Source: Alphaproteobacteria bacterium (GTDB taxonomy: Bacteria > Pseudomonadota > Alphaproteobacteria > SHNJ01). From it: 64,000 nt of DNA. The DNA lies in NCBI GenBank assembly GCA_004295055.1, contig SHNJ01000010.1:2136-66135 (forward strand). Reading direction: 5' to 3'. The notes beneath the pieces are model-generated. The model did not search any database. It had not been told where the DNA came from and was given only the letters and a program-made list of their open reading frames with translations. The translations under genes and the position numbers were made by a program. How positions within the stretch are numbered: the stretch's first letter is position 1; each line of letters starts with the position of its first letter. This document shows, piece after piece, positions 30,458 through 41,218 of the stretch.

Positions 30458-31435
30458 ATGACTCAAATTTTACCCCCTATCCCTCCGAATATCGCGCTTT
30501 GCGCGGAAACATTGCGCCAAGGCGACCTGGTTGGAATTCCTACTGAAACTGTATACGGTCTTGCAGGAAATGCGCTGGACGAACGGGCGGTGGCACGCAT
30601 TTTTGCCGCTAAAACCCGTCCCAGCTTTAATCCTTTAATCGTACACGTGGTTAATCTTGCCGCAGCGAAACGATATGCCGAATTCGGGCCGGAGGCGGAA
30701 AAAATAGCCTCGATCTTTTGGCCTGGCCCATTAACGCTGGTTTTACCAGCAAAGAAAAACAGCGGCATCGCCCGTCTGGCCACCGCCAACTTGCCCACCA
30801 TCGCCATACGCGTGCCCGCCCACCCTATTGCCCAACAATTATTGCAATATTCCGGCCTGCCACTTGCGGCGCCATCGGCCAATCAATCCGGCCATATCAG
30901 TCCAACCAAGGCGCAACACGTCATTGAATCGCTGGATGGAAAATTGCCTTACGTGTTGAATGGCGGCGATTGCCGCGTTGGTTTAGAGTCGACTATCGTC
31001 GATTTGTCCGAATCAAAACCAACCATTCTGCGTTTGGGCGGTTTGGACATTGAACCGATCGAAGCCATCCTGGGCAAAGTCACCGTTCATCAAAAAACCG
31101 ACGGTGGCGCCGTCAAGGCCCCCGGCATGTTATTGCGCCATTATGCGCCAAAAATCCCATTGCGCCTGGGATGCGATAATCCTCGCCCAAACGAAGCTTT
31201 ATTGGCTTTTGGCATGGATATACCGAATGGATTCGCCAAAGTTTTGAACCTAAGCGCGATCGGCGATCCGATTGAAGCCGCAGCCAATTTATATTCACAT
31301 TTGCATGACTTGGACCTGGGCGGTTTTTCCAGCATTGCCGTAATGCCGATTCCGGAAACCGGTCTTGGACTTGCGATCAACGATCGTTTGCGGCGCGCAT
31401 GTGAAAGCCAAAAGGAATTGTCGTGCGCGAGTTGA
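30458..31435 (+). CDS. tsaC: L-threonylcarbamoyladenylate synthase (Sua5/YwlC/YrdC family, long form with the Sua5 C-terminal domain).
   Basis: The YrdC fold motif VGIPTETVYGLAGNALDERAVARIFAAKTRPSFNPLIVHV is present. 325 aa. Confidence 0.85.
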   Translation: MTQILPPIPPNIALCAETLRQGDLVGIPTETVYGLAGNALDERAVARIFAAKTRPSFNPLIVHVVNLAAAKRYAEFGPEAEKIASIFWPGPLTLVLPAKKNSGIARLATANLPTIAIRVPAHPIAQQLLQYSGLPLAAPSANQSGHISPTKAQHVIESLDGKLPYVLNGGDCRVGLESTIVDLSESKPTILRLGGLDIEPIEAILGKVTVHQKTDGGAVKAPGMLLRHYAPKIPLRLGCDNPRPNEALLAFGMDIPNGFAKVLNLSAIGDPIEAAANLYSHLHDLDLGGFSSIAVMPIPETGLGLAINDRLRRACESQKELSCAS

Positions 31436-32808
31436 CGCAAATTTTCGGCGCTGAGAACGTGATCGGCTCAGGTGTTTTATTTGATTCGGCATTACAGGAT
31501 TGGCGCCGCCGTTATCGCGGCAAGGCAGAAGCGTTAATTTATCCATCCAGTACCGCCCAGGTCGTGCAATTAGTTTTATTTTGCCGCCAGCATGGTTTTA
31601 AAATTGTCCCGCAAGGCGGAAATACAAGCATGTGCGGGGCGGCTACTCCGGATCAGAACGATCGCAACATTCTGGTTAATTTTAAAAAGATGAATAAAAT
31701 TTTGGAATGCAGCGCCTCCGGTTTCAGCATGACGGTGGAATCTGGATGCAGCCTTGCGCAAGTACAGGATTTTGCGGCAAAGCAAGATAGGCTATTTCCA
31801 TTAATGTTAACGCCACGTGAAAACGTACAAATCGGCGGCGCGGTTGCCACCAACGCGGGGGGACTGAATGTCATTAAATACGGCATGATGCGGAATTTAA
31901 CCTTGGGCATCGAAGCAGTAATGGCCGATGGCAGCATTTGGAATAATTTGTATCAGCTGACCAAAAACAATGCCGGATACGATTTAAAGCAATTACTGAT
32001 CGGCAGCGAAGGAACCTTGGGAATTATTACCAAGGTTGCGTTAAAATTATTTCCACTGCCCAAACAGCGATTGGTTGCGATATTGGCTGTCGATAGCTTT
32101 AAAAATTGTCTTGCCGCCTTGTCATCGGCGCAAAATGAATTTGGACAGCAATTATCGGCTTTTGAATATATTTCTGCGCCGACTTGGAATCTAACCCATG
32201 AATATGACGCAAGTTTAATCAAACCTGTGCGCGCCGCCGAACATTATATTTTGATCCAATTGGAAAGTCTGTTGCCGTCGCCCGGAATAGAGTCCGAATT
32301 TATATTGGCTGCAAAAAAATGGGCGGGCGTCTTGGATTGCAACGCCACAATTGATCGGCATAAAGCCGCACAATTATGGCAAATCCGCAAATCCATTCCA
32401 TTGGCGGAACGCCAAGCAGGACCAAGCATTAAGCACGATATTTCTATACCGCCAAATTGTTGGGAAGAATTTTTGCGCGCGGTTCCGGATAAAATCCGCC
32501 GGCAATATCCAACTTCGCAAATAATCACTATGGGACATTTGGGTGATGGCAACCTGCATTTTAACGTCACATTGCCGGGATTGACGGCGGATACCCTGGC
32601 AACGATAGAACCTGTAATTAATGATATCGTCTATGCGGAAATTACCCGCCTGCGCGGATCGATTTCCGCCGAACATGGCATCGGTCAGTTAAAGGGATCT
32701 TATTTAAAAAGATTGTCCGATCCAAATCATTACGAATTATTGCAGAAAATAAAACATGCCCTTGACCCGGATAATATTTTAAATCCGGGCAAGATCTTTA
32801 TTTGCTGA
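31423..32808 (+). CDS. FAD-linked oxidase (GlcD / D-lactate dehydrogenase family).
   Basis: An FAD_binding_4 domain is followed by the FAD-oxidase C-terminal domain (SISAEHGIG). It overlaps the tsaC stop by 13 nt, consistent with an operon. Confidence 0.85.
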   Translation: MRELTQIFGAENVIGSGVLFDSALQDWRRRYRGKAEALIYPSSTAQVVQLVLFCRQHGFKIVPQGGNTSMCGAATPDQNDRNILVNFKKMNKILECSASGFSMTVESGCSLAQVQDFAAKQDRLFPLMLTPRENVQIGGAVATNAGGLNVIKYGMMRNLTLGIEAVMADGSIWNNLYQLTKNNAGYDLKQLLIGSEGTLGIITKVALKLFPLPKQRLVAILAVDSFKNCLAALSSAQNEFGQQLSAFEYISAPTWNLTHEYDASLIKPVRAAEHYILIQLESLLPSPGIESEFILAAKKWAGVLDCNATIDRHKAAQLWQIRKSIPLAERQAGPSIKHDISIPPNCWEEFLRAVPDKIRRQYPTSQIITMGHLGDGNLHFNVTLPGLTADTLATIEPVINDIVYAEITRLRGSISAEHGIGQLKGSYLKRLSDPNHYELLQKIKHALDPDNILNPGKIFIC

Positions 32809-32841
32809 TTCAAACTGCGCACAATAATATCGGCCATTATT

Positions 32842-33828
32842 CTATTTATGACAGGCGGATTCCGTGCAACTATTGACTTCGATCGATAAGTGAACAAGTT
32901 CCGAAAATTGGCTTAGAAGATTTTTATAATACTCTGGCTGTTGCGGCGTGTGAGTGACAATTGAAATAATGGCCGCGTAATGTTGTGGCCCCACTTGCCA
33001 AACATGGAAATCCGCAATCCGATTATCATTATTGCTTTCAATGGTGTTGCGGATTTCTTCCAGCCGCTTTGGTTCTATATTTTTGTCCATCAATATGGAT
33101 GCGGTCTGAACCGTCAATTGATAGGCCCAAATCAACATTAGAATCGCGCCGACGACACCTGCCATGGAATCCAAGAATCCCAAATCATAATAATATCCCG
33201 CCGCCAAAGCAATAATCGCAAACACAGATGTCATCGCGTCGGCAATCACATGAATATAGGCGGAACGGTGATTCAAATCGACAGGATCCGGCAAGTGGAC
33301 ATGATGATGGTCGTGATGGCCATGATCGTGCGAGCAACCTATCCCATGAGAATGATGATTGTGGCCCTGTTTCTTAGAGTGCAGCATAACGGCCGAGATT
33401 GCGTTGACCAAAAGCCCTATTACCGCGATTACTAAAGCATCTTTATAATTCACCTCGGCAGGGCGGACAAACCGCGATAAAGATTCCACCATCACGTTCG
33501 CCCCAATGACTGCCAATAATACTGCGCTGGCAAACCCAGCAAGAACCCCGGCCTTCCAGGTGCCAAAACTGTATTTTTCATGGGTTGCAAATTTCTTGGC
33601 ATATATATAGGCAAAAACGCTAATGCCAAACGCAACGCTGTGCGATGCCATGTGCCATCCATCCGCCAGCAAGGCCATGGATCCAAACCAATAGCCGCAA
33701 GCAATCTCCACCCCCATGAAAATAGAGGTTAACCACAGCACGGCACGCATTTGCCGTTCCGCCAGATCATGATGATCGCCGATATAATCGTGGTTATAAC
33801 GCAGCCGGTGCAATTGTTTGTTATGCAT
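32842..33828 (-). CDS. czcD: Cation diffusion facilitator (CzcD-like Zn/Co/Cd efflux transporter) with a His-rich cytoplasmic loop.
   Basis: Six TM segments, and a His-rich region (HSKKQGHNHHSHGIGCSHDHGHHDHHHVH). It is divergent from copA. Confidence 0.85.
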   Translation of the reverse strand: MHNKQLHRLRYNHDYIGDHHDLAERQMRAVLWLTSIFMGVEIACGYWFGSMALLADGWHMASHSVAFGISVFAYIYAKKFATHEKYSFGTWKAGVLAGFASAVLLAVIGANVMVESLSRFVRPAEVNYKDALVIAVIGLLVNAISAVMLHSKKQGHNHHSHGIGCSHDHGHHDHHHVHLPDPVDLNHRSAYIHVIADAMTSVFAIIALAAGYYYDLGFLDSMAGVVGAILMLIWAYQLTVQTASILMDKNIEPKRLEEIRNTIESNNDNRIADFHVWQVGPQHYAAIISIVTHTPQQPEYYKNLLSQFSELVHLSIEVNSCTESACHK

Positions 33829-33948
33829 GTAATGGAACTATTTGATAAATAATACTGTAATTTTCCAAGTTTCGAAGATCAAGGTTATTCCCACCAAACG
33901 GGAACATTTTGATTTGCTTTTCGGGGCCGTGCCGCCTAGATATTATAT

Positions 33949-36285
33949 ATGCCTAATCTAGCTGTAAATACCGGGAAAACAAGCCTTCCTAGAATGCCTC
34001 AATCCGCATCCTTGCAAAAATCCGGCGACGCTTCGGATCGGCATCAAGAATTTTCCATTCAAGGCATGCATTGCGTCAATTGCGCGCAAAATATTGAACG
34101 GGCTTTATCGGGAATTCCTGAAATTGAAAATGTGAATGTGCATTTTGCCATGCAGTCCGCCGATATCACATGGCGGCAATTGGATCACCATCCCGAAGAT
34201 AAGATTATCGATACCATCACCGCCTTAGGATATAAGGCCGAGCCAAAGGCAACTGCCAAGCCGTCATTGACCATGACAACATGGCGGGATGCCAGCGCGT
34301 TTTTACTGGCGATCATTTTTGTCGCCGATATGATTCTTGGCTGGACTGGATCGGCGTTGCGATTAAATGTGCTGTCTTCTTTTGTTCTGGCCAGTTTTTG
34401 TCAATTTCTGTTAGGCGGATTTTTTTACCGCAATGCCTGGAATGCCCTAAAAGCCGGATTTTTCACGATGGATAGTTTAATTGCCATCGGCACCAGCGCG
34501 GCATATGCCCTAAGCCTGTTTCATATGAATTGGAACGGCTTATTAGCGGATACCCAATTATGGGCTGCCGTTGCCCCGCATAATTATTTTGAAGCTTCGG
34601 TATTGGTCATTTGCTTTGTGTATATCGGCCAATATTTTGAAAAAAAATCCACCGCCAGGGTGCGCAAAGATCTGAACGATTTAAGCCTGTTGTTGGGAAC
34701 CCGCGTAATCATTGAATCGGATGGCGTGCAGAAAAAAATTCCATTGCGCCAATTAAGACCGGACCAGATCGTTATTGTTGAACCCGGGTCCCGCATTCCT
34801 GTGGATGGTATCATCCTATCGGGGCAAAGCGATATTGATCAAAGTTTATTAACAGGCGAAGTTGCCCCAATCACCGCGCAAACTGGCGACAAAGTTTTTG
34901 CCGGCACTATCAGTCTGACCCATGTTCTTAGAATTAAGGCATTAAATGTCGGAATGGCCACCCGGCTGGGATACATCAGTAAATTGGTGCAAAATGCCGC
35001 CAGCAGCAAACCGGAAATCGCCAAACGGGTCGATCAAATATGCAATTACTTTGTACCGATGGTTCTTGGCTTTGCGGCCATCACCTTTGTTTTATGGGCC
35101 GGATATGATCTTAGCCAAAATCAATCAATCGCCCGCGCTGTGCTGAATGCGGTTTCAGTTTTAGTCATCGCCTGCCCTTGCGCCCTTGGGCTTGCCACGC
35201 CGATTGTGGTTATGTCGTCTATCAGCCTTGCTGCAAAACAAAATCTTTTGATCAAGAATGCCAATGTTTTAGAATCTGTGCCAGCGATTGACACAATGGT
35301 GCTGGATAAAACCGGAACATTGACTTTCGGCAGACCGGCGGTTACCGATATCATCGCACCAGGCAAAGATACTCATGCAATTTTGCGCTTGGCGGCCTCT
35401 GCCGCGCAAAACAGCAACCACCCCATGTCTAAGGCGATTGTCAAAGCGGCTTTGGATCAGTCCATTCCAATCTGGAGCCCAAAAATGGTCCAAGAAATCG
35501 CGGGGCAAGGATTGATCGCCGATTTTATTACCGGAAAAACCAACCCGGCAAATCCGCTTGCGGAAACGGATACCATCCATCAACGGATTTATGTCGGCAA
35601 TCGCCGGTTATTGAACGCGCATTTTTTTGATTTAACCCCGCTTGAAGGCGGCGCGGAAGAACTTGCCCTGGATGGCAAAAGCATGGTGTTTGTTGGTCAG
35701 CATGTATTTGGCCATGGCGATAAAAAACAAATATTGGGCGTTATTGGCCTGAACGATCAATTGCGGCCCAAAAGCCGCGAGTTCATTCAATCCCTTAAAG
35801 CAAGGAAAATTAAAATTCTATTGCTGACTGGCGATACCAAGGCATCGGCCACGCGCGTTGCACAGTCTTTGAGCATTGACGATGTACAAGCCGATATTAT
35901 TCCGGAAGAAAAAGCCGGACGAATACAATCGTTGAAAAATCGTGGCCGCAAAGTCGCCATGCTGGGCGATGGAATTAACGATGCCGCGGCTCTTGCCACT
36001 GCCGAGGTAGGAATCGCGATTGCAGGCGGATCTGATCTTGCCATGGAAGCGGCGAATGTCGGGTTATTGCAGCCTGATCCCTGGCAGGTAATGAAACTAT
36101 TCCAACTGGGCGATTTATTCCGCCGCAAGGTAAAAGAAAATCTGTTTTGGGCCTTTGGATTCAATATTATCGGCATTCCGCTTGCGGCGGCAGGATTGTT
36201 ACATCCCGCTTTGGCTGGCGCCATGATGTCGGCATCCAGCATTTTAGTCGTCAGCAACGCTTTTCGCATGCGGCTGCGAAAATAA
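33949..36285 (+). CDS. copA: Heavy-metal (copper) translocating P1B-type ATPase.
   Basis: The HMA domain (GMHCVNCAQ), CPC motif (ACPCALGLATP), DKTGTLT phosphorylation site and GDGINDAAAL hinge are present. Confidence 0.9.
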   Translation: MPNLAVNTGKTSLPRMPQSASLQKSGDASDRHQEFSIQGMHCVNCAQNIERALSGIPEIENVNVHFAMQSADITWRQLDHHPEDKIIDTITALGYKAEPKATAKPSLTMTTWRDASAFLLAIIFVADMILGWTGSALRLNVLSSFVLASFCQFLLGGFFYRNAWNALKAGFFTMDSLIAIGTSAAYALSLFHMNWNGLLADTQLWAAVAPHNYFEASVLVICFVYIGQYFEKKSTARVRKDLNDLSLLLGTRVIIESDGVQKKIPLRQLRPDQIVIVEPGSRIPVDGIILSGQSDIDQSLLTGEVAPITAQTGDKVFAGTISLTHVLRIKALNVGMATRLGYISKLVQNAASSKPEIAKRVDQICNYFVPMVLGFAAITFVLWAGYDLSQNQSIARAVLNAVSVLVIACPCALGLATPIVVMSSISLAAKQNLLIKNANVLESVPAIDTMVLDKTGTLTFGRPAVTDIIAPGKDTHAILRLAASAAQNSNHPMSKAIVKAALDQSIPIWSPKMVQEIAGQGLIADFITGKTNPANPLAETDTIHQRIYVGNRRLLNAHFFDLTPLEGGAEELALDGKSMVFVGQHVFGHGDKKQILGVIGLNDQLRPKSREFIQSLKARKIKILLLTGDTKASATRVAQSLSIDDVQADIIPEEKAGRIQSLKNRGRKVAMLGDGINDAAALATAEVGIAIAGGSDLAMEAANVGLLQPDPWQVMKLFQLGDLFRRKVKENLFWAFGFNIIGIPLAAAGLLHPALAGAMMSASSILVVSNAFRMRLRK

Positions 36286-36326
36286 GCTATTTCGGTTTTA
36301 TGGTAAAAAATGATATAGTGCCGGAC

Positions 36327-37448
36327 ATGAAACGATTTTTCTTGTGCCTGACAATTCTTTGCGCCATCAGCCTGCCGGCTTTTGCCGACACTATTATATG
36401 CGATATGAATGCGGCAACAATTCAGTCCCCCCTATTGCAACAAGGATTTCAGGATGCCAGCGATGATATTCTGGGCAATGAAACCGAAGCACGCAAGGCG
36501 CGGCAAGTTTTAACCAATGTCCAACGGATTTTTCTTCATCCTGGCAGCCAGTCGATTTTAATGTATGGCTGGAGTCAATTGCCGGATCCGTTAACACGCG
36601 ATGCCGAAAAAAATAGTTTCTTACTGCAACGGATGGAACGATTAAAACGCGAAGCGGCTTCTGGCGGACATAAGTTCGATTATCAATTGCAGTCCGGCCA
36701 GCCTATAACGGTGGCGTTTCAAATCGCTTACGCTAACAAGCCATGGCCAAAACGCGAAGAAGGGATAGAAATCGTCGCTGGAGATCAATGCTGGGTCACT
36801 GTAAAGCTCGGGGGCAACGCTATTTCAAACAAAAAGGCGGATTCCGAGTTCATAGACCGCATCCATGACGAATTTTCGCGGATACGAAAGTCCTTTCAAC
36901 CAAATACATCGGCTGTTTCCACCAGCAGCAATATATTCCAAATGCACCAATTGCCGGATTTCGATTTCGAGAATTTTTGGGCCTTCACACTGCCCACTTT
37001 GATTCTGGCCTTTTTATGCGGAGTGATTATTGTCAGAGCCGCCGCGCCATTGGAAAATATCCACGTGGCTATTTATTTTAAAGCTATGACAGGATTATGG
37101 ATTGTTTACGCTTTACTGATTTCCGTATTCCAACCTGTATTTGTGCAGAACGGTTTTATTCCGCATCTAGAGCATTATATATACGCCGCAATGATGATTG
37201 TCATTCATGGTCTTGGAATTTTATTTGGCCCGGTTATGGCGGTACCTAGTGTTGCCATCGCATTGGGGCATGCCTTGCGCACCATTTGTTTTCTGTTCCT
37301 GAATTATCAATTGGCGCCGCGCATTTTATGGTTTGATGTCGGAATCATGATATTAATCAGCCTGTATGTATTGTTCGCGGGATTTCGCCGGCGCGGTCCA
37401 ATGGCAAGGTCGATCGGCAATCGCCCTAACGTAATTGACCGTTCTTGA
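36327..37448 (+). CDS. Hypothetical protein with a signal peptide and a multi-TM C-terminal half, immediately downstream of copA.
   Basis: The start was taken at MKRFFLCLTILCAISLPAFA (signal-like) at 36327, because the ORF-track start at 36147 overlaps copA. Hydrophobic helices lie in the C-terminal 150 aa. Confidence 0.5.
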   Translation: MKRFFLCLTILCAISLPAFADTIICDMNAATIQSPLLQQGFQDASDDILGNETEARKARQVLTNVQRIFLHPGSQSILMYGWSQLPDPLTRDAEKNSFLLQRMERLKREAASGGHKFDYQLQSGQPITVAFQIAYANKPWPKREEGIEIVAGDQCWVTVKLGGNAISNKKADSEFIDRIHDEFSRIRKSFQPNTSAVSTSSNIFQMHQLPDFDFENFWAFTLPTLILAFLCGVIIVRAAAPLENIHVAIYFKAMTGLWIVYALLISVFQPVFVQNGFIPHLEHYIYAAMMIVIHGLGILFGPVMAVPSVAIALGHALRTICFLFLNYQLAPRILWFDVGIMILISLYVLFAGFRRRGPMARSIGNRPNVIDRS

Positions 37449-37575
37449 TACATACCATTTTAGGTTGCATCCAATCGCCGCGGGACGAAGCGCTGTAAGT
37501 TATTGAAACTAGGCATTAAATTTTTTGCCGAAAGCGCCATCAAATACTTGAAAAATAACGATAAATTAACGCACA

Positions 37576-39765
37576 ATGCGTATTCTAGAACCTGACTCAA
37601 TCTCGTGTTTTAGAATTATGCTTACTCAAATTCGTTTTTTTCGACACGCTTATATTGCCGCCCTAATTATTGGGATCGTGGTTACTTTATGGCTGTGTTA
37701 TCACATGAACCGCCAATATGAACAAGTATCCCGCCAGGCATTAGAAAAAAAATCTCTGTTATTGCGCGAATCTTTGCGCCAGGAATTAGACAGCTACGAT
37801 AACAGCGTTCAAAGCATAGCCGCATTCTTCAAATCCAGCCAAATTGTCGATCATGAGGAATGGGACAGTTTTATTGAGGGATTAAATTTAAAAATACGCC
37901 ACGAAGGAATAGTGAGCGTTTATTACATCAACCAAATCAATAAAAACAATATCAGCTCTTCTGATTCTCCATGCTCGATTGTCTATCAAAGCATTATTAA
38001 ACAGCACAACACTAATACGGAAACGTCAATCTGTAATGATGACAATATCCGCACCGCGATGAAATTATCCAAAATAACGGGGCGGTCCGTTTTAATACCG
38101 TCTAATTCAAATGCGCCAACGACAGACTTGGCCGATGCGTTCCTGGTTCACCCAATATACAGCGCAAAGCAAAAATTTATAGGCTGGGTATCCATGGCTT
38201 TAAACTATCCTAGCCTATTCTCGTCCTTGATTGATGATACATTAGCAGTCAACTTTCGAGTTTCCATCCTCAATAAAGACGCGGGATTATCGGATGACGA
38301 TATTTACAATTATCACTACGCGTCTATTAACAGTACGACCACTCAAAATGATGTTCAACAAACGGAAAACTTCGAATTTGGGCAACGGCAATGGGTATTG
38401 ATAACCAGCGCCCCGCTTGGCGGAGCTGGGACATGGATGCCTTTATTTTTAATAGGGTTGACTATTACATTATTGGTTTCAGGAATATTATATTCACTGA
38501 CTATAACGGGCTTGCGAGCGCAACGCCTTGCCGATCAAATGACCGTGGATTTACGGCAAACAGCTCAGCAACTGGAAGGGGCTATGGAGCAAGCAAAGCT
38601 TGGCAATAAAGCCAAATCCGATTTTCTGGCCACTATGAGTCACGAAATCCGCACACCGATGAATGGCATCATCGGCGTAGCGGATATTATGCTTGGCACC
38701 CCGCTTAATACCAGCCAGCAAGATTATATCCAAACAATTAAGTCTTCCGCGCAATCCTTGATCGTCATCATCAATGACATTTTGGATTTCTCAAAAATGG
38801 AAGTAGGAAAGCTTAGCATTGAACATCTGCCCTTCTCGCTGCTGGATCCATTGCACAGAGTGATGCATTTATTGGAAAGTCCGGCATCGGATAAAAATAT
38901 TCGCTTACTAGTCAACGTCGATCCTAATTTGCCGAAATATGTTATCGGGGATCCTATTCGTATTCAGCAGATCTTATTTAACCTGATCGGCAACGCCATT
39001 AAATTCACAGAACAAGGCCATATTACGACTTGTATAAGCTTGGTAAGCGGCGACAACAAAATCGCCAAAATAAAATTTGAGGTTATTGATACGGGGATCG
39101 GCATACCAATCGAGGCCCAAGGAAATCTTTTTAATCGTTTTACCCAATCCGACAGCTCGATAAGCCGTAAATATGGTGGAAGCGGCCTGGGATTATCCAT
39201 TTGCCGCCAATTGGTTGAATTGATGGGTGGCACAATTAATTTCACCAGCGCGCCAAATCAAGGCAGTACATTCTGGTTTGAAATTGTTTTAGAAATAACT
39301 ACCCCAACCGATGATAAAGCCAGAATAATAGAATCATCATCTAAACAAATCGCGGTAGATGATCCAGCAGCCGCAACAATACACCACCCGATGAAACCAT
39401 TAACTATATTGGTAGCCGAAGATAACCGCGTCAACCAAATGGTTATTATAGCCATGCTAAAAAAATTGGGCCATTCCATCGACCTAGTAAGCAACGGAAT
39501 AGAAGCGGTGAACGCGGTACAGAATAAAAAATATGATGTTGTATTGATGGACGTGCAAATGCCGGAAATGGATGGCATTACCGCCACCCGCAAAATTCGC
39601 GAAACACAAAAAGAAGGGTCCAAGGTTCCGATCATCGCAATTACCGCAAATGCCATGCGCGGAGACAGAGAGAATTATTTGCGCGCTGGGATGAATGATT
39701 ACGTTTCAAAACCAATCAATTTGCCCAGCCTGATCGAGGCCATCCACCGCGTTTGCACCATATAA
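37576..39765 (+). CDS. Hybrid sensor histidine kinase / response regulator, with a periplasmic sensor region flanked by TM helices, a HisKA domain, a HATPase_c domain and a C-terminal REC domain.
   Basis: H-box ATMSHEIRTPMNGIIG, N/G boxes (GNAIKFT, DTGIGI, GGSGLGLSI), and a receiver domain (ILVAEDNRVNQ...VLMDVQMPEMDG...K) are present. The start could be at Met15 (37618). Confidence 0.85.
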   Translation: MRILEPDSISCFRIMLTQIRFFRHAYIAALIIGIVVTLWLCYHMNRQYEQVSRQALEKKSLLLRESLRQELDSYDNSVQSIAAFFKSSQIVDHEEWDSFIEGLNLKIRHEGIVSVYYINQINKNNISSSDSPCSIVYQSIIKQHNTNTETSICNDDNIRTAMKLSKITGRSVLIPSNSNAPTTDLADAFLVHPIYSAKQKFIGWVSMALNYPSLFSSLIDDTLAVNFRVSILNKDAGLSDDDIYNYHYASINSTTTQNDVQQTENFEFGQRQWVLITSAPLGGAGTWMPLFLIGLTITLLVSGILYSLTITGLRAQRLADQMTVDLRQTAQQLEGAMEQAKLGNKAKSDFLATMSHEIRTPMNGIIGVADIMLGTPLNTSQQDYIQTIKSSAQSLIVIINDILDFSKMEVGKLSIEHLPFSLLDPLHRVMHLLESPASDKNIRLLVNVDPNLPKYVIGDPIRIQQILFNLIGNAIKFTEQGHITTCISLVSGDNKIAKIKFEVIDTGIGIPIEAQGNLFNRFTQSDSSISRKYGGSGLGLSICRQLVELMGGTINFTSAPNQGSTFWFEIVLEITTPTDDKARIIESSSKQIAVDDPAAATIHHPMKPLTILVAEDNRVNQMVIIAMLKKLGHSIDLVSNGIEAVNAVQNKKYDVVLMDVQMPEMDGITATRKIRETQKEGSKVPIIAITANAMRGDRENYLRAGMNDYVSKPINLPSLIEAIHRVCTI

Positions 39766-39800
39766 TAAATTTAGAAAATTCCAGCCGGTAAAGGCAATGA

Positions 39801-40002
39801 TGGTGCGGGGCCGGGATCTTCCTTCGCTGAAGCTTCGGAAGACGAGACTTGTACAATTTTGGAATCATAATCACTTGCCATCCGAAGCCTTGGCGTAGGA
39901 TGGTGCCCGGAGCCGGGATCTTCCTTCGCTGAAGCTTCGGAAGACGAGACTTGTACAATTTTGGAATCATAATGACTTGCCATCCGAAGCCTTGGCGTAG
40001 GA
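39801..40002. repeat. Two tandem ~102-bp repeat units. Each begins with a 16-18-nt copy of the tRNA-Phe 3' end (tggtgc[cc]gg[g/a]gccggga), followed by an identical 84-bp spacer containing two imperfect palindromes. They are att-site-like scars abutting the genuine tRNA-Phe.
   Basis: Direct comparison of 39801-39900 and 39901-40002 with the tRNA at 40003 onward. The spacer copies differ at one base (c/g). The copy nearest the tRNA has one mismatch in the tRNA-derived part and the farther one also has a 2-nt deletion, showing progressive decay. Confidence 0.8.
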
Positions 40003-40077
<75 letters not shown>

Positions 40078-40294
40078 AATTTAAACGAACATCGTATCTA
40101 TAAGAAAATAAGCCTTCTGTCCAGAATTCCTTTTTATTGCTGGAAATACAAAATTATAACCAGAACTGTGGAATAATATTTTTGTGCGCCGCACAACGCC
40201 TCTTAGATATTTACTTTCTATAATATCAGCGATATAGATTGTATATAACAAAAAATAATTCGGGTAGCAGGACACCGATTAACAGGAGAGTTTT

Positions 40295-41218
40295 GTGAGC
40301 GCTTTTTCAGAGCCTCGACCCCAGTCTATAGAGCGTTCTGCGCTGGGAATAGCTACGTCCGGCTCTCCGTCCTCGCAGGCCGTTGTTCCCGTTCCTAAGG
40401 CATATTTTAACTATATTACCAGTCAACTCGCTCCATGGGAACACTCCGAATCGCCACGCATGATGGAAATGATTGGACATGCCTGTAAATTGGAAAATGC
40501 GCGCGTCTATCAACATGGCGAATTAAATTGGCAATTAAATTTGGCGCATTGTGTTTTATTATTTGATCACCAGCCGACACCAGAAGAAGCAAAACCATTA
40601 GAAAGCCGAATCATTCTCGCCGCCAATACCGCCCAGCGAATACTGCGTATGGCTGAAGGTTCTCTTTCAACCGATCCGGCTTTAGCGCAGAATTTACATG
40701 GCATTGCCGCTGCCATGATATTGATTGTCTGTCATGCACAGCAAGGGTGTCCTTCGCTGCATTTACTGCATGATTTTATGATGCAATATGTTTATCGGGA
40801 TGTATCGCATGGTGAAACATCAACCTACCAGTTCCGTGCGCCAGGATTAATCGGAGAATTGCACGGCATCGCACAAGAGCAGATTAGATTTAGCCTGGAG
40901 CGGCAACAAGCAACCAACTTGTTTTCTAACAATCATTATGCCGGCTTAAGACAACATGATTTAAAGCAGGTAATTGACGCCCAATGCCGGGCGATGCCTT
41001 CCGATCGTATCATCGCAATGCTGGACAATATTCGTACTGGCAAAACTCAAGAACCATTGCCCGATAAGCCAAATCCCGGCATATGCCTCACCACATTGTT
41101 TTATCATAGCGGCAAAGACGAACTGTTTGGCCGGGACTTGCGGGTAAATAAAAATTACGGCTTGAAAAGCGCGCGCGCCGCATTTGAAGCCAGGTTCGGT
41201 TGTGTACATACGCTTTAA
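40295..41218 (+). CDS. 307-aa hypothetical protein (GTG start).
   Basis: Intact ORF. No family was recognised. It is convergent with, and overlaps by 4 nt, the next gene. Confidence 0.45.
   Translation: MSAFSEPRPQSIERSALGIATSGSPSSQAVVPVPKAYFNYITSQLAPWEHSESPRMMEMIGHACKLENARVYQHGELNWQLNLAHCVLLFDHQPTPEEAKPLESRIILAANTAQRILRMAEGSLSTDPALAQNLHGIAAAMILIVCHAQQGCPSLHLLHDFMMQYVYRDVSHGETSTYQFRAPGLIGELHGIAQEQIRFSLERQQATNLFSNNHYAGLRQHDLKQVIDAQCRAMPSDRIIAMLDNIRTGKTQEPLPDKPNPGICLTTLFYHSGKDELFGRDLRVNKNYGLKSARAAFEARFGCVHTL

Noticed and set aside
36147-36326. N-terminal 60-aa extension of the ORF-track call 36147-37448, overlapping the end of copA.
   Set aside because: It overlaps the conserved C-terminus of copA in another frame. 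A signal-peptide-like Met at 36327 just after the copA stop is the more plausible start.
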